From a bacterium (GTDB lineage: Bacteria; Hydrothermota; Tepidihabitantia; Tepidihabitantales; Tepidihabitantaceae), in NCBI GenBank assembly GCA_046485285.1, contig JAWOHE010000012.1, forward strand, positions 1-31,520: a stretch of DNA of 31,520 nucleotides, read 5' to 3'. The first letter of the stretch is position 1. Every line of letters starts with the position of its first letter. Below the pieces are notes generated by a model. That model was not told the origin of the DNA and searched no databases. It saw only the letters and a list, made by a program, of their open reading frames with translations. This document shows, piece after piece, positions 1-8,721 of the stretch. Position numbers and translations under genes: made by a program.

Positions 1-1
1 C

Positions 2-385
2 GCCGTCGAAGCCCTGCGACACGCAGCTTTGCCCGCCTAGGGCCGCGCCGTCGCATAGCTCGCTGCCCTCGATCACGCCGTTGCCACACACCTGGTTGAC
101 GCAGCCGGCGGTGTTGTAGCCCGAGCAGGTCGCGTTGCAGGCCAAGCTCCCGCTCGAGAAGCCCTGGGTCGCGCAGGTCTGGCCGTTGAGCGCGATGCCG
201 TCGCACAGCTCGGCGCCCTCGATGATCCCGTTGCCGCAGATCACCTCGAACTGACAACTGCTGGAGCAGCCGTCGCCATTGGCGGTGTTGCCGTCGTCGC
301 ACTGCTCACCGCGGGTCGACTGGGTGATGCCATCGCCGCAGAACTCCAGGCGACAGGTGCTGGAGCAGCCGTCGCCACTCTGGTC
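2..385 (-). CDS. Fragment of a cysteine-rich repeat protein (Myxococcus cysteine-rich / DUF4215-like repeats); runs off the window edge and lacks a recognisable 5' end
   Basis: Not in the ORF track. Manual translation of the minus strand: DQSGDGCSSTCRLEFCGDGITQSTRGEQCDDGNTANGDGCSSSCQFEVICGNGIIEGAELCDGIALNGQTCATQGFSSGSLACNATCSGYNTAGCVNQVCGNGVIEGSELCDGAALGGQSCVSQGFDG; CGDG..EQCDDGN..GDGCSS.C is the characteristic repeat. Confidence 0.85.
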
Positions 386-940
386 GGCATCGGTGCGTTC
401 GAGCGCGTCTGGCAGGCGACGATACCGGGCGGCGGCATGTGGGGCGTCGGTCGGCTCGCGGTCGGCGACCTCGACGGCGATTCCATTCCTGAGCTGGTCG
501 CCAGCTCGGGTGGCCACGTGCTGGTATTCAAGTGCGCCGGCAACGACTCGTTCTACCTCTGGCGGTTGCACGAGGCGGAAGGCGACCTCATCACCATTCA
601 CGACATCAACGCCGACGGCCGCAACGAGCTCATCTTCGAGTATGACCACGGGATCGAGGTCTGGGCGTATGGAACGCCAGGCGTCGCCGAACGGGAGCGG
701 CGGCGACTGGCCGCAGTGTCGGTCGAGCCGTCGGTGGCACGGGTCGGGGCGAGCGTGCGGCTGGTCGGGTTGCCCGAGACCGCGGGTGTGAGTCTGCTCG
801 ACGCAACGGGCCGGGTCGTGAGGGCTGTCGAGACCCGGGGCGGGTACCTCGGCACCCGGGGCCTTCGGGCCGGGACCTACTTCCTGCGGGTCGAATCCGG
901 CCCGCATTCAGTCCGTCTCAAGCTGCTGCTCACCAGCTAG
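383..940 (+). CDS. C-terminal part of a secreted FG-GAP/VCBS-repeat protein with Ig-like C-terminal (T9SS type A sorting-like) domain; probably 5'-truncated
   Basis: GDLDGDSIPELV and HDINADGRNELIF Ca-binding repeats; tail LLDATGRVVR...LRAGTYFLRV...KLLLTS. Protein-like sequence continues upstream of the ATG at 437 (VGIGAFERVWQATIPGGG from 383); no signal peptide. Confidence 0.75.
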   Translation, partial: VGIGAFERVWQATIPGGGMWGVGRLAVGDLDGDSIPELVASSGGHVLVFKCAGNDSFYLWRLHEAEGDLITIHDINADGRNELIFEYDHGIEVWAYGTPGVAERERRRLAAVSVEPSVARVGASVRLVGLPETAGVSLLDATGRVVRAVETRGGYLGTRGLRAGTYFLRVESGPHSVRLKLLLTS

Positions 941-1109
941 CCAATCCCGGCCCGGCTCTCGGCGGCCGGTGAGGACAGGGCCCTGACGCCCATCCGGGCC
1001 GCTAACCCGGCGCCTGCCCGGTGCGCTATCCAGACGACCGTCCGGGGGACCATCCCGGCCGCCCGGGACGTGCCCTGCCCGGTGCGGTGCCCGGGGAGTT
1101 CCCGCCCGC

Positions 1110-1138
1110 TTGACGCCTGCCCGCTGAGTCCGTATCAT
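1110..1138 (+). promoter_or_regulatory. sigma70-type promoter TTGACG-17-TATCAT, GTG start 6 nt downstream (likely leaderless)
   Basis: TTGACG 1110-1115, TATCAT 1133-1138, GTG 1145, no Shine-Dalgarno. Confidence 0.7.
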
Positions 1139-1144
1139 CCCGCC

Positions 1145-2896
1145 GTGCCCCGGACGCCGAAGAAGAAGCCTGCCCGCCGCAGTCCGGCCGCGCCGCCGCG
1201 CCGGCTCGAACTACCCGGCCCGCGCTGGCTCGTGCCGCTGGCGCTCGCGGCCATCGTCCTCGTCGGCCTCGGCCTGCGCGCCGCCGACCTGCGCGCCGAC
1301 CCGCCGCCGGACCTGTCCTGGAGCTTCGCGCCCTGGACCGACGAGGGGCTGAACGCCTACTCGGCCCGGAGCCTCGTCCTCCACGGCGCCTGGAAGACCG
1401 ATGACTTCTTCCCGTTTGTCGTCTACCCGCTGTTCAACCTGCTCGTCGCGCTCGCCTTCCGGCTGTTCGGCGTCGGCTTCGTGTCGGTGAAGCTCGTGTC
1501 GCTCCTCGCCGGCCTCGGCTCGATCGTCGCCCTCTACTTCCTCGTCCGCTCCTCCGCCGGCCGGCTCGCCGGGCTCATCGCCGCCCTGCTCCTCGCGCTC
1601 TGCTACCCGCACGTGATGTACACCCGGCTCGGGCTCGTCGAGTCACTGCAGGTGCTGTTCCTGCTGCTCACCGGGCTGTGCTGGGCGAAGGGTCTCGAGC
1701 GGCCGTGGGCGCTGGCGCTGTCGGGCCTGTTCGCCGCCGGCACGGTCCTGCTCGTCAAGATCTCGGCGCTGTTCGTCGCCCCGGTGATGCTGGTCATGCT
1801 CATCGTCCTCGCCGTCGAGGCGCGGCGCGACCCGGCGCGGAAGGCCGGCCTCGGCCGCGACGTCGGGCTGTTCTTCGCCGGTGTCGGTGCGGCGGTCGCG
1901 GTCTGGCTCGCGGTCGTCGTCCTGCCCCACAGCCGCGACTACGTCACCTACGTCCTGCGTCACTCCTTCGAGTCGCCGGCCGGCCACCCGGCCGACCCCG
2001 CCGCCTACCTCCTCAACACCTTCACCGTCGGCGCGGCGTCGCGGCTCTTCCCGAAGCTCGGCGTCACCGCGCTCGCCGGCTTCCTGCTCCTGCCCGGCCT
2101 CGGCCTCTCGCGCCGGCCCGCGTTCCGCTACCTGCTGGCGTGGTTCGTCTTCGCGCTGCTGATGCTCGGCTGGATGAACTACCGCCCGCCCCGCTACGAG
2201 GTCATCCTGCTCCCGCCGTTCATCGCCGCGGTCGCGGCCGGGATCGCCCGGCTCATCGAGGACGGCACGCTCCTACCGGCGGCTCGCGCCGGCTGGCTGC
2301 GCGCGCTGGGCTGGACGGCGTGGCTCTGGCCGCTGGCGGTCCAGCTTCTCATCCACAGCGGCGGCTTCGGCGGCGCACTCGCCTCGTCCACGGCCGGCGG
2401 CGCGCTCGGTGCCGGGCTCGGGGTCGCGGTCGCGCTCGCCGCGGTCAGCCTCGGTCTCGCGCGGCTCGCCCGTTCGGGCCTGTCGCTCGCCCGGCCGGCA
2501 GGCCGGTTCGTGCTCGCCGGCATCCTGCTCGCGCTCATCGTCCGGCTCGACCTCGCCCAGTTCGCGCGCTGGCACTCGAACCGCACCCACGACATGGTCC
2601 GCTACTCGCAGGAACTCGACCGCGTCCTGCCCGACGGCGCGGTGCTCGCCGGCGGCTGGGCGCCCGCCCTGCTGGTGGAGTCGCGCAAGCGGGCGCTCTG
2701 CCTGACCGACTGGGCCAACAACGACGACCCGGTCGGCCGGTTCGGGATGACCCACCTCGTCTCCCACGAGGAAAACGACATCAACCTGCTCGAGAAGAAC
2801 CGCCCCGGCCTGCGCGCCCTCCTGCGGCCGGTCTGGCAGGGCCGAGTGCGCGGGACGCGGCTGACCGCCTTCGAGCTCGCCCGGCCCGGGGAGTAG
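1145..2896 (+). CDS. Glycosyltransferase family 39 / ArnT-PMT-like multi-pass membrane protein
   Basis: Many hydrophobic segments, DE motif after first TM (WTDEG), YP.F..L loop; start moved from 1070 to GTG 1145 because of the promoter. Confidence 0.8.
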   Translation: MPRTPKKKPARRSPAAPPRRLELPGPRWLVPLALAAIVLVGLGLRAADLRADPPPDLSWSFAPWTDEGLNAYSARSLVLHGAWKTDDFFPFVVYPLFNLLVALAFRLFGVGFVSVKLVSLLAGLGSIVALYFLVRSSAGRLAGLIAALLLALCYPHVMYTRLGLVESLQVLFLLLTGLCWAKGLERPWALALSGLFAAGTVLLVKISALFVAPVMLVMLIVLAVEARRDPARKAGLGRDVGLFFAGVGAAVAVWLAVVVLPHSRDYVTYVLRHSFESPAGHPADPAAYLLNTFTVGAASRLFPKLGVTALAGFLLLPGLGLSRRPAFRYLLAWFVFALLMLGWMNYRPPRYEVILLPPFIAAVAAGIARLIEDGTLLPAARAGWLRALGWTAWLWPLAVQLLIHSGGFGGALASSTAGGALGAGLGVAVALAAVSLGLARLARSGLSLARPAGRFVLAGILLALIVRLDLAQFARWHSNRTHDMVRYSQELDRVLPDGAVLAGGWAPALLVESRKRALCLTDWANNDDPVGRFGMTHLVSHEENDINLLEKNRPGLRALLRPVWQGRVRGTRLTAFELARPGE

Positions 2897-2899
2897 CCG

Positions 2900-4258
2900 A
2901 TGACGGCGCGCGGCTTCGAACGGAAGAACCTCATCCAGACCGGTGTCGCGCTCGCGCTCGGCGTGCTGGTCTACCTCGTCCCGATACCCGGCATCCCGGA
3001 CCCGGCCAAGCGCTGCCTCGCCATCCTCGCGGTCGCCTCGTACCTCTGGGTCACCGAGGCGGTCCCGCTCTTCGCGACGGCGTTCCTCGTTGTCCTCGCC
3101 GAAGCGCTCCTGCTCTCCGGCCCGCTCAAGCTCGGCTTCCAGGTCTTCCTCGCCCCGTTCTTCGACCCGGTGATCATGCTCTTCCTCGGCGGGTTCATCC
3201 TCTCCCAGGCTCTCGCCAAGTACGACCTCGACGGCCTGCTCGCCTCGGCCATCCTGCGCCGGACCGGCGCGAAGCCGAAGAACGTCCTGCTCGGAATGAT
3301 GGCGGTCGCCGCCTTCCTGTCGATGTGGATGTCGAACACCGCCGCGACCGCCCTGCTCGTCGGCCTCGCGCTGACGATCATCCGCCGGCTCGACGCCGAC
3401 GACCCGTTCCGGGTCGCGCTCATCCTCGGCATCCCGTTCGCGGCCAACATCGGCGGCGTCGCGACGCCGATCGGCACCCCGCCCAATGCCATCGCCATCG
3501 GCATTCTTGCCGAGCGCGGCATCCAGGTCAGCTTCGTCCGCTGGATGGCGATCGGCCTGCCGGTCACCGCCGCGATCTTCCTCGTCCTCTGGCGGCTGCT
3601 GCTTCGGCTCTTCCCGGCCCGGGCGCAGTCGGTCGCGCTGCCGCCGCCGGGCGATACCCGACTCGACGCCCGCCAGTGGACAATTGCCGCGGTCTTCGCC
3701 GCGACGATCCTGCTCTGGCTGACCGCCGAGTTCCACCGCCTGCCGTCGGCGGTCATCGCGGTCATCCCGGCTTTCGTCTTCACCGGCCTGCGCATCCTCG
3801 ACAAGGAGGACTTCGGCCGGGTCGGCTGGGACATCCTCATCCTGATGGGCGGCGGGCTGTCGCTCGGCGTCGCGATCCGCGAGTCGGGCCTGACCGACTG
3901 GGTGCTGACCCTGATCCGGCTCGGCGGCGTCAACCCGGTCCTGCTCACCGCCGCGCTCACCGTCGTCGCGATGGTCGTGACGACGTTCATCTCCAACACC
4001 TCGACCGCCGCGCTGCTGCTGCCGCTGGTCGCCGGCCTCGCGCCCGACCCGGTCGTGCCGGTGCTGGCGGTCGCCATCGGCGTCTCGGTCTCGATGGTCC
4101 TGCCGGTCTCGACCCCACCCAACGCCATCGCCTACGGCTCGGGGCTGGTATCGGTGCGGACGATGGCCCGGGTCGGGCTCATCCTGTCCGCCATCGCGCT
4201 GGTCATCGTCGTGCTCGGCGTCGTCGGCCTGGCGCGCCTGCTCGACTACGCTCATTAG
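2900..4258 (+). CDS. DASS/SLC13 family sodium:anion (dicarboxylate/sulfate/phosphate) symporter
   Basis: Two SNT motifs (MSNTAATA, ISNTSTAA), TPIGTPPN and STPPNAI hairpin motifs. Confidence 0.92.
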   Translation: MTARGFERKNLIQTGVALALGVLVYLVPIPGIPDPAKRCLAILAVASYLWVTEAVPLFATAFLVVLAEALLLSGPLKLGFQVFLAPFFDPVIMLFLGGFILSQALAKYDLDGLLASAILRRTGAKPKNVLLGMMAVAAFLSMWMSNTAATALLVGLALTIIRRLDADDPFRVALILGIPFAANIGGVATPIGTPPNAIAIGILAERGIQVSFVRWMAIGLPVTAAIFLVLWRLLLRLFPARAQSVALPPPGDTRLDARQWTIAAVFAATILLWLTAEFHRLPSAVIAVIPAFVFTGLRILDKEDFGRVGWDILILMGGGLSLGVAIRESGLTDWVLTLIRLGGVNPVLLTAALTVVAMVVTTFISNTSTAALLLPLVAGLAPDPVVPVLAVAIGVSVSMVLPVSTPPNAIAYGSGLVSVRTMARVGLILSAIALVIVVLGVVGLARLLDYAH

Positions 4259-4270
4259 AAGGGAGGCATC

Positions 4271-4633
4271 GTGGAAAGCGCCAAGTCCGACCATTGCATG
4301 AACTGCAACGCGACGAGCGTCACCAACCTCGTCCACGTCCGCACCGGCGAGCCGGTGCGCGTCTACGTCAAGTGCAACGCCTGCGGCTCGTACGTCGCCC
4401 GCTACACCCTCAGCCGCTACACGTCGGACCAGCCCTACGAGTCCCTGCTCCGGCTGCTCCGGCAGTACGCCTACGCCTCGGGCAAGCGCTGCCTCGAGGA
4501 GGTCGAGGAGTTCGGCACCGCCATCAGGGCCGAGTTCGAGCGCGTCGAGCGGCTCGTCGCCGCTTCCGAGGAGAAGCGCCGGGTCGAGGAGATGATCGAG
4601 GACGCACGCCGGCCCGACAAGCCGGAAGGCTGA
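4271..4633 (+). CDS. Small hypothetical protein with CxxC...CxxC zinc-ribbon and helical C-terminus
   Basis: GGGAGG SD at 4261-4266, GTG start; CMNC and CNAC motifs; codon usage matches neighbours. Confidence 0.75.
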   Translation: MESAKSDHCMNCNATSVTNLVHVRTGEPVRVYVKCNACGSYVARYTLSRYTSDQPYESLLRLLRQYAYASGKRCLEEVEEFGTAIRAEFERVERLVAASEEKRRVEEMIEDARRPDKPEG

Positions 4634-5251
4634 TCAGCCGCCGCGCCGCTCCCGCACGAACAGCAGCGGGAAGGCAATGTCCGAGAAGGTGCAGGGCAGC
4701 CAGACCGCGACGAGCAGGAACGCGAACAGCCCCAGGTACTTCACCGCCGGCAGCGTCCCGTCGAACGCCATCCCGAAGTGCGCGAGCGACGCGACCGTGC
4801 TCAGGAGGACGTGGGCGAAGTGCGGCGCCCGGGTCGTCGGCCGGAACCAGGATATCGCGATGCCGGCCAGCGCCGCCGGGTTGACGAGATACCAGAGCTC
4901 GATGAAGCCGACGTGTGCCTCTGCCCCGGGCAGGCCCAGCAGCCGCTCGCCGAGGTACGGGATGAGCGAGTCGGACAGCGTCCCGATGCCGACCGAGCCG
5001 AGGTAGCCGACAACCAGCAGCAGCCAGGGGTTGCACCGCGTCCGGCCGCCCTCGCACTTGTAGAGCCCGTACATCGCCGAGGTCGCCATCGCGCTCGCGA
5101 ACACGTGCAGCGGGTGGAAGGTTGCGAACAACCGGTGCGACACCGCGTCGGGCAGGCGTCCCAGCGGCACCAGCAGCGCGACGCCGAGCGCCGCCCCGCC
5201 CAGGGTCCAGGGCAGGTGGTGCCCGAGCTCGTGCAGGATGCGGCGCATCAT
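4634..5251 (-). CDS. His-rich multi-pass membrane protein, putative metal transporter
   Basis: About 6-7 hydrophobic segments; HELGHH, FHPLHV, PHFAHV motifs; ATG 5251 overlaps the Fur-family stop (ATGA). Confidence 0.75.
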   Translation of the reverse strand: MMRRILHELGHHLPWTLGGAALGVALLVPLGRLPDAVSHRLFATFHPLHVFASAMATSAMYGLYKCEGGRTRCNPWLLLVVGYLGSVGIGTLSDSLIPYLGERLLGLPGAEAHVGFIELWYLVNPAALAGIAISWFRPTTRAPHFAHVLLSTVASLAHFGMAFDGTLPAVKYLGLFAFLLVAVWLPCTFSDIAFPLLFVRERRGG

Positions 5252-5691
5252 CGCCGCGCCGACTTCGCCCGGCAGGCCGGGCACCGGCCCTCGACTTGCA
5301 TCGTGTGGCTGCTGACCCGGTACCCGGTCCGGCGCTCGACGCGCCGCCGCTCTGCAGCCGGGAAGGCGCAGCCGATGACGTCGACCCGGCCGCAGCCGGT
5401 GCAGACGATGTGGTGGTGGTGCCGGCCCGGCTCGGCGCCGCAGGCGGCGTAGCTTCGAACCCGGTCCGCCCGCTCGACCCGGGTCAGCAGCCCGGCCCGG
5501 ACCAGTTCCTCGAGTGCCCGGTAGACCGTCGGCAGGCCCAGCCGGCCCATCCGCGGCCTCAATCGGGCGTGGACCGCTTCAGGGGTCAGCGCCCGCCCGG
5601 TCCGCAGGAGCAGGCCGGCGATCGCCAGCCGCCGGGGCGTTGCCTTCCGGCCGTCGGCGCGCAGTGCCGACCGCACCGCCGCCTCATCCAT
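5248..5691 (-). CDS. Fur-family transcriptional repressor (Zur-like)
   Basis: TPRRLAI, GLPTVYRALEEL wHTH, HHHHIVCTGC and C-terminal CPAC. Confidence 0.92.
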   Translation of the reverse strand: MDEAAVRSALRADGRKATPRRLAIAGLLLRTGRALTPEAVHARLRPRMGRLGLPTVYRALEELVRAGLLTRVERADRVRSYAACGAEPGRHHHHIVCTGCGRVDVIGCAFPAAERRRVERRTGYRVSSHTMQVEGRCPACRAKSARR

Positions 5692-5712
5692 AGATGGAAC
5701 TCACTTCCATTT
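5692..5712. promoter_or_regulatory. Palindromic operator ATGGAA-N5-TTCCAT, likely Fur/Zur autoregulatory box
   Basis: AGATGGAACTCACTTCCATTT fills exactly the space between the -10 hexamer and the ATG of the regulator; AT-rich in a high-GC context. Confidence 0.75.
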
Positions 5713-5740
5713 ACTGTACCGGCGCCGGCCCCGGCGTCAA
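5713..5740 (-). promoter_or_regulatory. Promoter TTGACG-16-TACAGT
   Basis: cgtcaa 5735-5740 and actgta 5713-5718 on + strand. Confidence 0.7.
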
Positions 5741-5771
5741 GCGCCGGGGCCGGCGAGTCGATGCCTGCTCG

Positions 5772-7103
5772 CTACTCGACCAGCGCGAACCGCCGGGTGA
5801 CCGCCGTCGCGCCGACCGCCAGCCGGCAGAAGTAGCTGCCGGCGGACACTCGCGCCCCGTCGGGGCCGGTGCCGTCCCAGTGCAGCGACCCGTTCGTGCC
5901 CGGGGTTCTGCCCCGGAGGAGTTCGCGCACGACCCGGCCGTCAACGCCGACGATATCGATCTGCACCGGCTCGTCCCCGGGCGCGACGTACTGGACGACG
6001 ACCCCCCGGGCCGTCACTGTCGGGATGAACAGCGCCGGGTTGGACCTCGTCTGCACCTGCCAGACCGGGGCCGTCACCGCGACGCTGCCCGGGTGTATGT
6101 AGCTTGCATCCGAGAGATACAGCCCCACGCCACACTCTCCGCCATAGACCAGGAAATTACCGTTCCCCGAATCCCAGGCGCCGCAGCTGTTCCGGCGCGG
6201 CTGGGGGACGTCGCCGCCGGCCGCGAACCGGGTCCACGCGAGGCTCGGGACGTCAAGCTCATACAGGTCCGCCAGGAAGTTCGGGGCCCAGCCGCCGAAG
6301 ACGTACAGCTTCCTGCCGTCGCCCGACTGGGCGTGGGCGAAGCCGGCCCGCTCCGCCGGGGGATTGCCGCTGGGTGCGAGCTGGGTCCACCGCTCGGAGC
6401 CGGGCGTCAGGTCAAGCTCCCAAAGGTCTCCGTAGAACGTGCCGCCGGCCTTGCCGCCATAGACCAGCAGCCGGTCGCCGTCGGCATCCAGCACCGCTGC
6501 GCCGTCGTAGCGTGCCGGCGGTCGCCGGCCCGAGACCGCTATCTGTCGCCAGGCCAGGCTGTCGAGCCTGAGTTCCCAGACGTCGTCCTGCGCGCCCGAG
6601 GACGCGTAGCCGCCAAAGATGATGAGCGAGCGGCGGCCGGGATGGTAGGCGGCGAACGGGTAGGCGCGGGCGCTCGGCGGGCTCCCCGAGGGCGCCAGCG
6701 ATTCCCAGTTCGGGTTTCGCGGTACGAGGTTGAGCGCCCAGACGTCGTTGACCAGCGCCCCGAATGCCGGCGAACCGCCAAAAACTATCGCCCGGTTGCC
6801 CGGCGGGTCGATGACCATCGCGCAGTCAGCGCGCCCTGAGGGCGGCGTCCCGGCCGGGCGCAGTGGCGACCAGCCGGAATACCCGGCGTTGCCGGCCGGC
6901 ATCTGCCAGACATCACTGTAGTAGCGGTCGTCGGCGTAGACCGACGTGCCCCCGAAAAGGATGACCCGAGCGTTCGCGCTGTCGAAGACCATCCGCGCGG
7001 CACAGCGTGCCGGCGGGCTCAGGGTCGTCCATGCCTGCGCGTGCGACCGGCCCGCAGCAAGCAGCAGGGCCAGGCACGCGACTGCGGTGCCAAGGCTTTT
7101 CAT
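5772..7103 (-). CDS. Secreted kelch-repeat (beta-propeller) protein with C-terminal FlgD-Ig/sorting-like domain
   Basis: Signal peptide MKSLGTAVACLALLLAAGRSHA; six PPxR...FGG...DVW repeats; tail VDGRVVREL...WDG...SAGSYFCRL. GGAGG SD before ATG 7103. Confidence 0.88.
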   Translation of the reverse strand: MKSLGTAVACLALLLAAGRSHAQAWTTLSPPARCAARMVFDSANARVILFGGTSVYADDRYYSDVWQMPAGNAGYSGWSPLRPAGTPPSGRADCAMVIDPPGNRAIVFGGSPAFGALVNDVWALNLVPRNPNWESLAPSGSPPSARAYPFAAYHPGRRSLIIFGGYASSGAQDDVWELRLDSLAWRQIAVSGRRPPARYDGAAVLDADGDRLLVYGGKAGGTFYGDLWELDLTPGSERWTQLAPSGNPPAERAGFAHAQSGDGRKLYVFGGWAPNFLADLYELDVPSLAWTRFAAGGDVPQPRRNSCGAWDSGNGNFLVYGGECGVGLYLSDASYIHPGSVAVTAPVWQVQTRSNPALFIPTVTARGVVVQYVAPGDEPVQIDIVGVDGRVVRELLRGRTPGTNGSLHWDGTGPDGARVSAGSYFCRLAVGATAVTRRFALVE

Positions 7104-7129
7104 TGCACCTCCCGTGTGATGCTCGCCCG

Positions 7130-7157
7130 ATTCTAGCGCCCGGCGGCGGGGTGTCAA
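7130..7157 (-). promoter_or_regulatory. Promoter TTGACA-16-TAGAAT
   Basis: tgtcaa 7152-7157, attcta 7130-7135. Confidence 0.75.
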
Positions 7158-7200
7158 TGGCCCGCCGCGCCCCGCGTCCAGGCCCGGAGACGGTGCCGCG

Positions 7201-8676
7201 TTAGAGCGACTTGAGACAGGCGAACAGCGTCCGGAGCGGCACGCCGGTCCCGCCCGCCGGCGCGTAGTCCCAGCCTTCCTTGGTGAAGGCCGGCCCGGCG
7301 ATGTCCATGTGCACCCAGGGTATTCCCTTGTCGACGAACTCCCTGAGGAAGAGCCCGGCGATGATCGTCCCGGCGTTCATCGGCTTGCCGATGTTCTTGA
7401 TGTCGGCGACCTTGCTCGCGATGTGGGGCCGGTAGGGCTCGGCGAGCGGGAGCTGCCAGAAGAACTCGCCCTGCTCCGCGCCCAGCCTGATGATGCGGTC
7501 GACCAGCGCCTGGTCGGTCCCGAGCAGGGCGGTGTACTCGTCGCCGACCGCGACCACGGCCGCGCCGGTCAGCGTCGCGAGGTCGAACATCACATCCGGT
7601 TTGAGCGTCGAACCGTAGGCCAGCGCGTCGGCCAGGATCAACCGGCCCTCGGCGTCGGTGTTCAGCACCTCCGAGGTCTTGCCGCCGAAGTGACGAATGA
7701 CGTCGCCCGGCTTCTGGGCGCTGCCCGACGGCAGGTTCTCGACCAGCGGCACGAGCCCGTGAACCTCGAGCGGCAGGTCGGCGTCGCCGAGCAGCTTGAA
7801 CAGCCCGAACACGGACGCCGCGCCCGCCATGTCCTGTTTCATCCCGTCCATCGACGGCCCGGGCTTGAGGTTGAGCCCGCCCGAGTCGAACGTCACGCCC
7901 TTGCCGACCACCACGACCCGCTTCTTCGCCTTCCGCTTCGGCCGGTAGTCGAGGTGCACGAGGCAGGGCGGCTCCTGTGAGCCCGCGCCGACCCGCAGGA
8001 TGCCGTTCATCCCGCGCCGGACAAGCTCGTCCTTGCGCAGGACCTCGACCCCGATGCGGTCCGGCTTGGCCAGCCAGGTTGCCAGCTCGGCCATCATCTC
8101 GGGCGCCTTCTGGCTCGGCGGCTCGTTGACGAGGTCGCGTACGTAGCAGACCGCTTCGGCGACCGCGGCCGCCTCGCGGGCCGCGCGATCGAGCTCCGCC
8201 TGCGCCCCGGCCGGCGCGAGCAGCGTGAGCTGAGCCGGTGGCCGGCTCTCGTCGTCCCGGACCCGGCGGTGCTCGATGTAGCGGTAGCTGCCGAGGAGGA
8301 CGCCTTCGACCGCGGCCGCGGCAAACCGCGTCGCCGGGCCGGCGGCAAAGCCGACCCCGGGCAGCAACAGCCCGAGCTCCTCGACGCCCATCTCCTCCGC
8401 CGCCTTGGCGGCCTTCGCGGCCGCGGCGCGCACCCGGTCGGCCGAGTACTCGGCCCGCTTGCCGAGCCCGGTGAGGATCAGCCGCCGGCGCCCTTTCGCC
8501 GCCCTGAGCACGACGACACGCTTGAGCTGGCCCTTGAAGCCCTCTTCCGCGGCCACTGACCGGAAGGCCGCCGCCTCGGCCTGCCCGAGCCCGGCGATGC
8601 CGGGCCGGTCCTCGAACGCGAACGCGGCCCGGAACCGGCCGCTCCACTGACGCGCGGAACGCACTCTGACTTTCAC
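7201..8676 (-). CDS. pepA: Leucyl aminopeptidase (M17)
   Basis: VGKGVTFDSGG, MKQDMAGAA, NTDAEGRL, DLATLTGA, HMDIAG; AAAGGAG SD before GTG 8676. Confidence 0.95.
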   Translation of the reverse strand: MKVRVRSARQWSGRFRAAFAFEDRPGIAGLGQAEAAAFRSVAAEEGFKGQLKRVVVLRAAKGRRRLILTGLGKRAEYSADRVRAAAAKAAKAAEEMGVEELGLLLPGVGFAAGPATRFAAAAVEGVLLGSYRYIEHRRVRDDESRPPAQLTLLAPAGAQAELDRAAREAAAVAEAVCYVRDLVNEPPSQKAPEMMAELATWLAKPDRIGVEVLRKDELVRRGMNGILRVGAGSQEPPCLVHLDYRPKRKAKKRVVVVGKGVTFDSGGLNLKPGPSMDGMKQDMAGAASVFGLFKLLGDADLPLEVHGLVPLVENLPSGSAQKPGDVIRHFGGKTSEVLNTDAEGRLILADALAYGSTLKPDVMFDLATLTGAAVVAVGDEYTALLGTDQALVDRIIRLGAEQGEFFWQLPLAEPYRPHIASKVADIKNIGKPMNAGTIIAGLFLREFVDKGIPWVHMDIAGPAFTKEGWDYAPAGGTGVPLRTLFACLKSL

Positions 8677-8721
8677 GATGACTCCTTTCACATCCGGATG
8701 CCTGTCGCGGTCCGTCCCTAG

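Noticed and set aside
2273-4336. 687-aa minus-strand ORF and similar long antisense ORFs (5694-6839, 24616-26238, 27703-28545)
   Set aside because: In-register antisense mirrors of well-supported genes; no motifs, SD or promoter.
1678-4884. 1068-aa plus-strand ORF
   Set aside because: Arg/Pro-rich off-frame shadow of the GT39, DASS and Zn-finger genes; expected in high-GC DNA.
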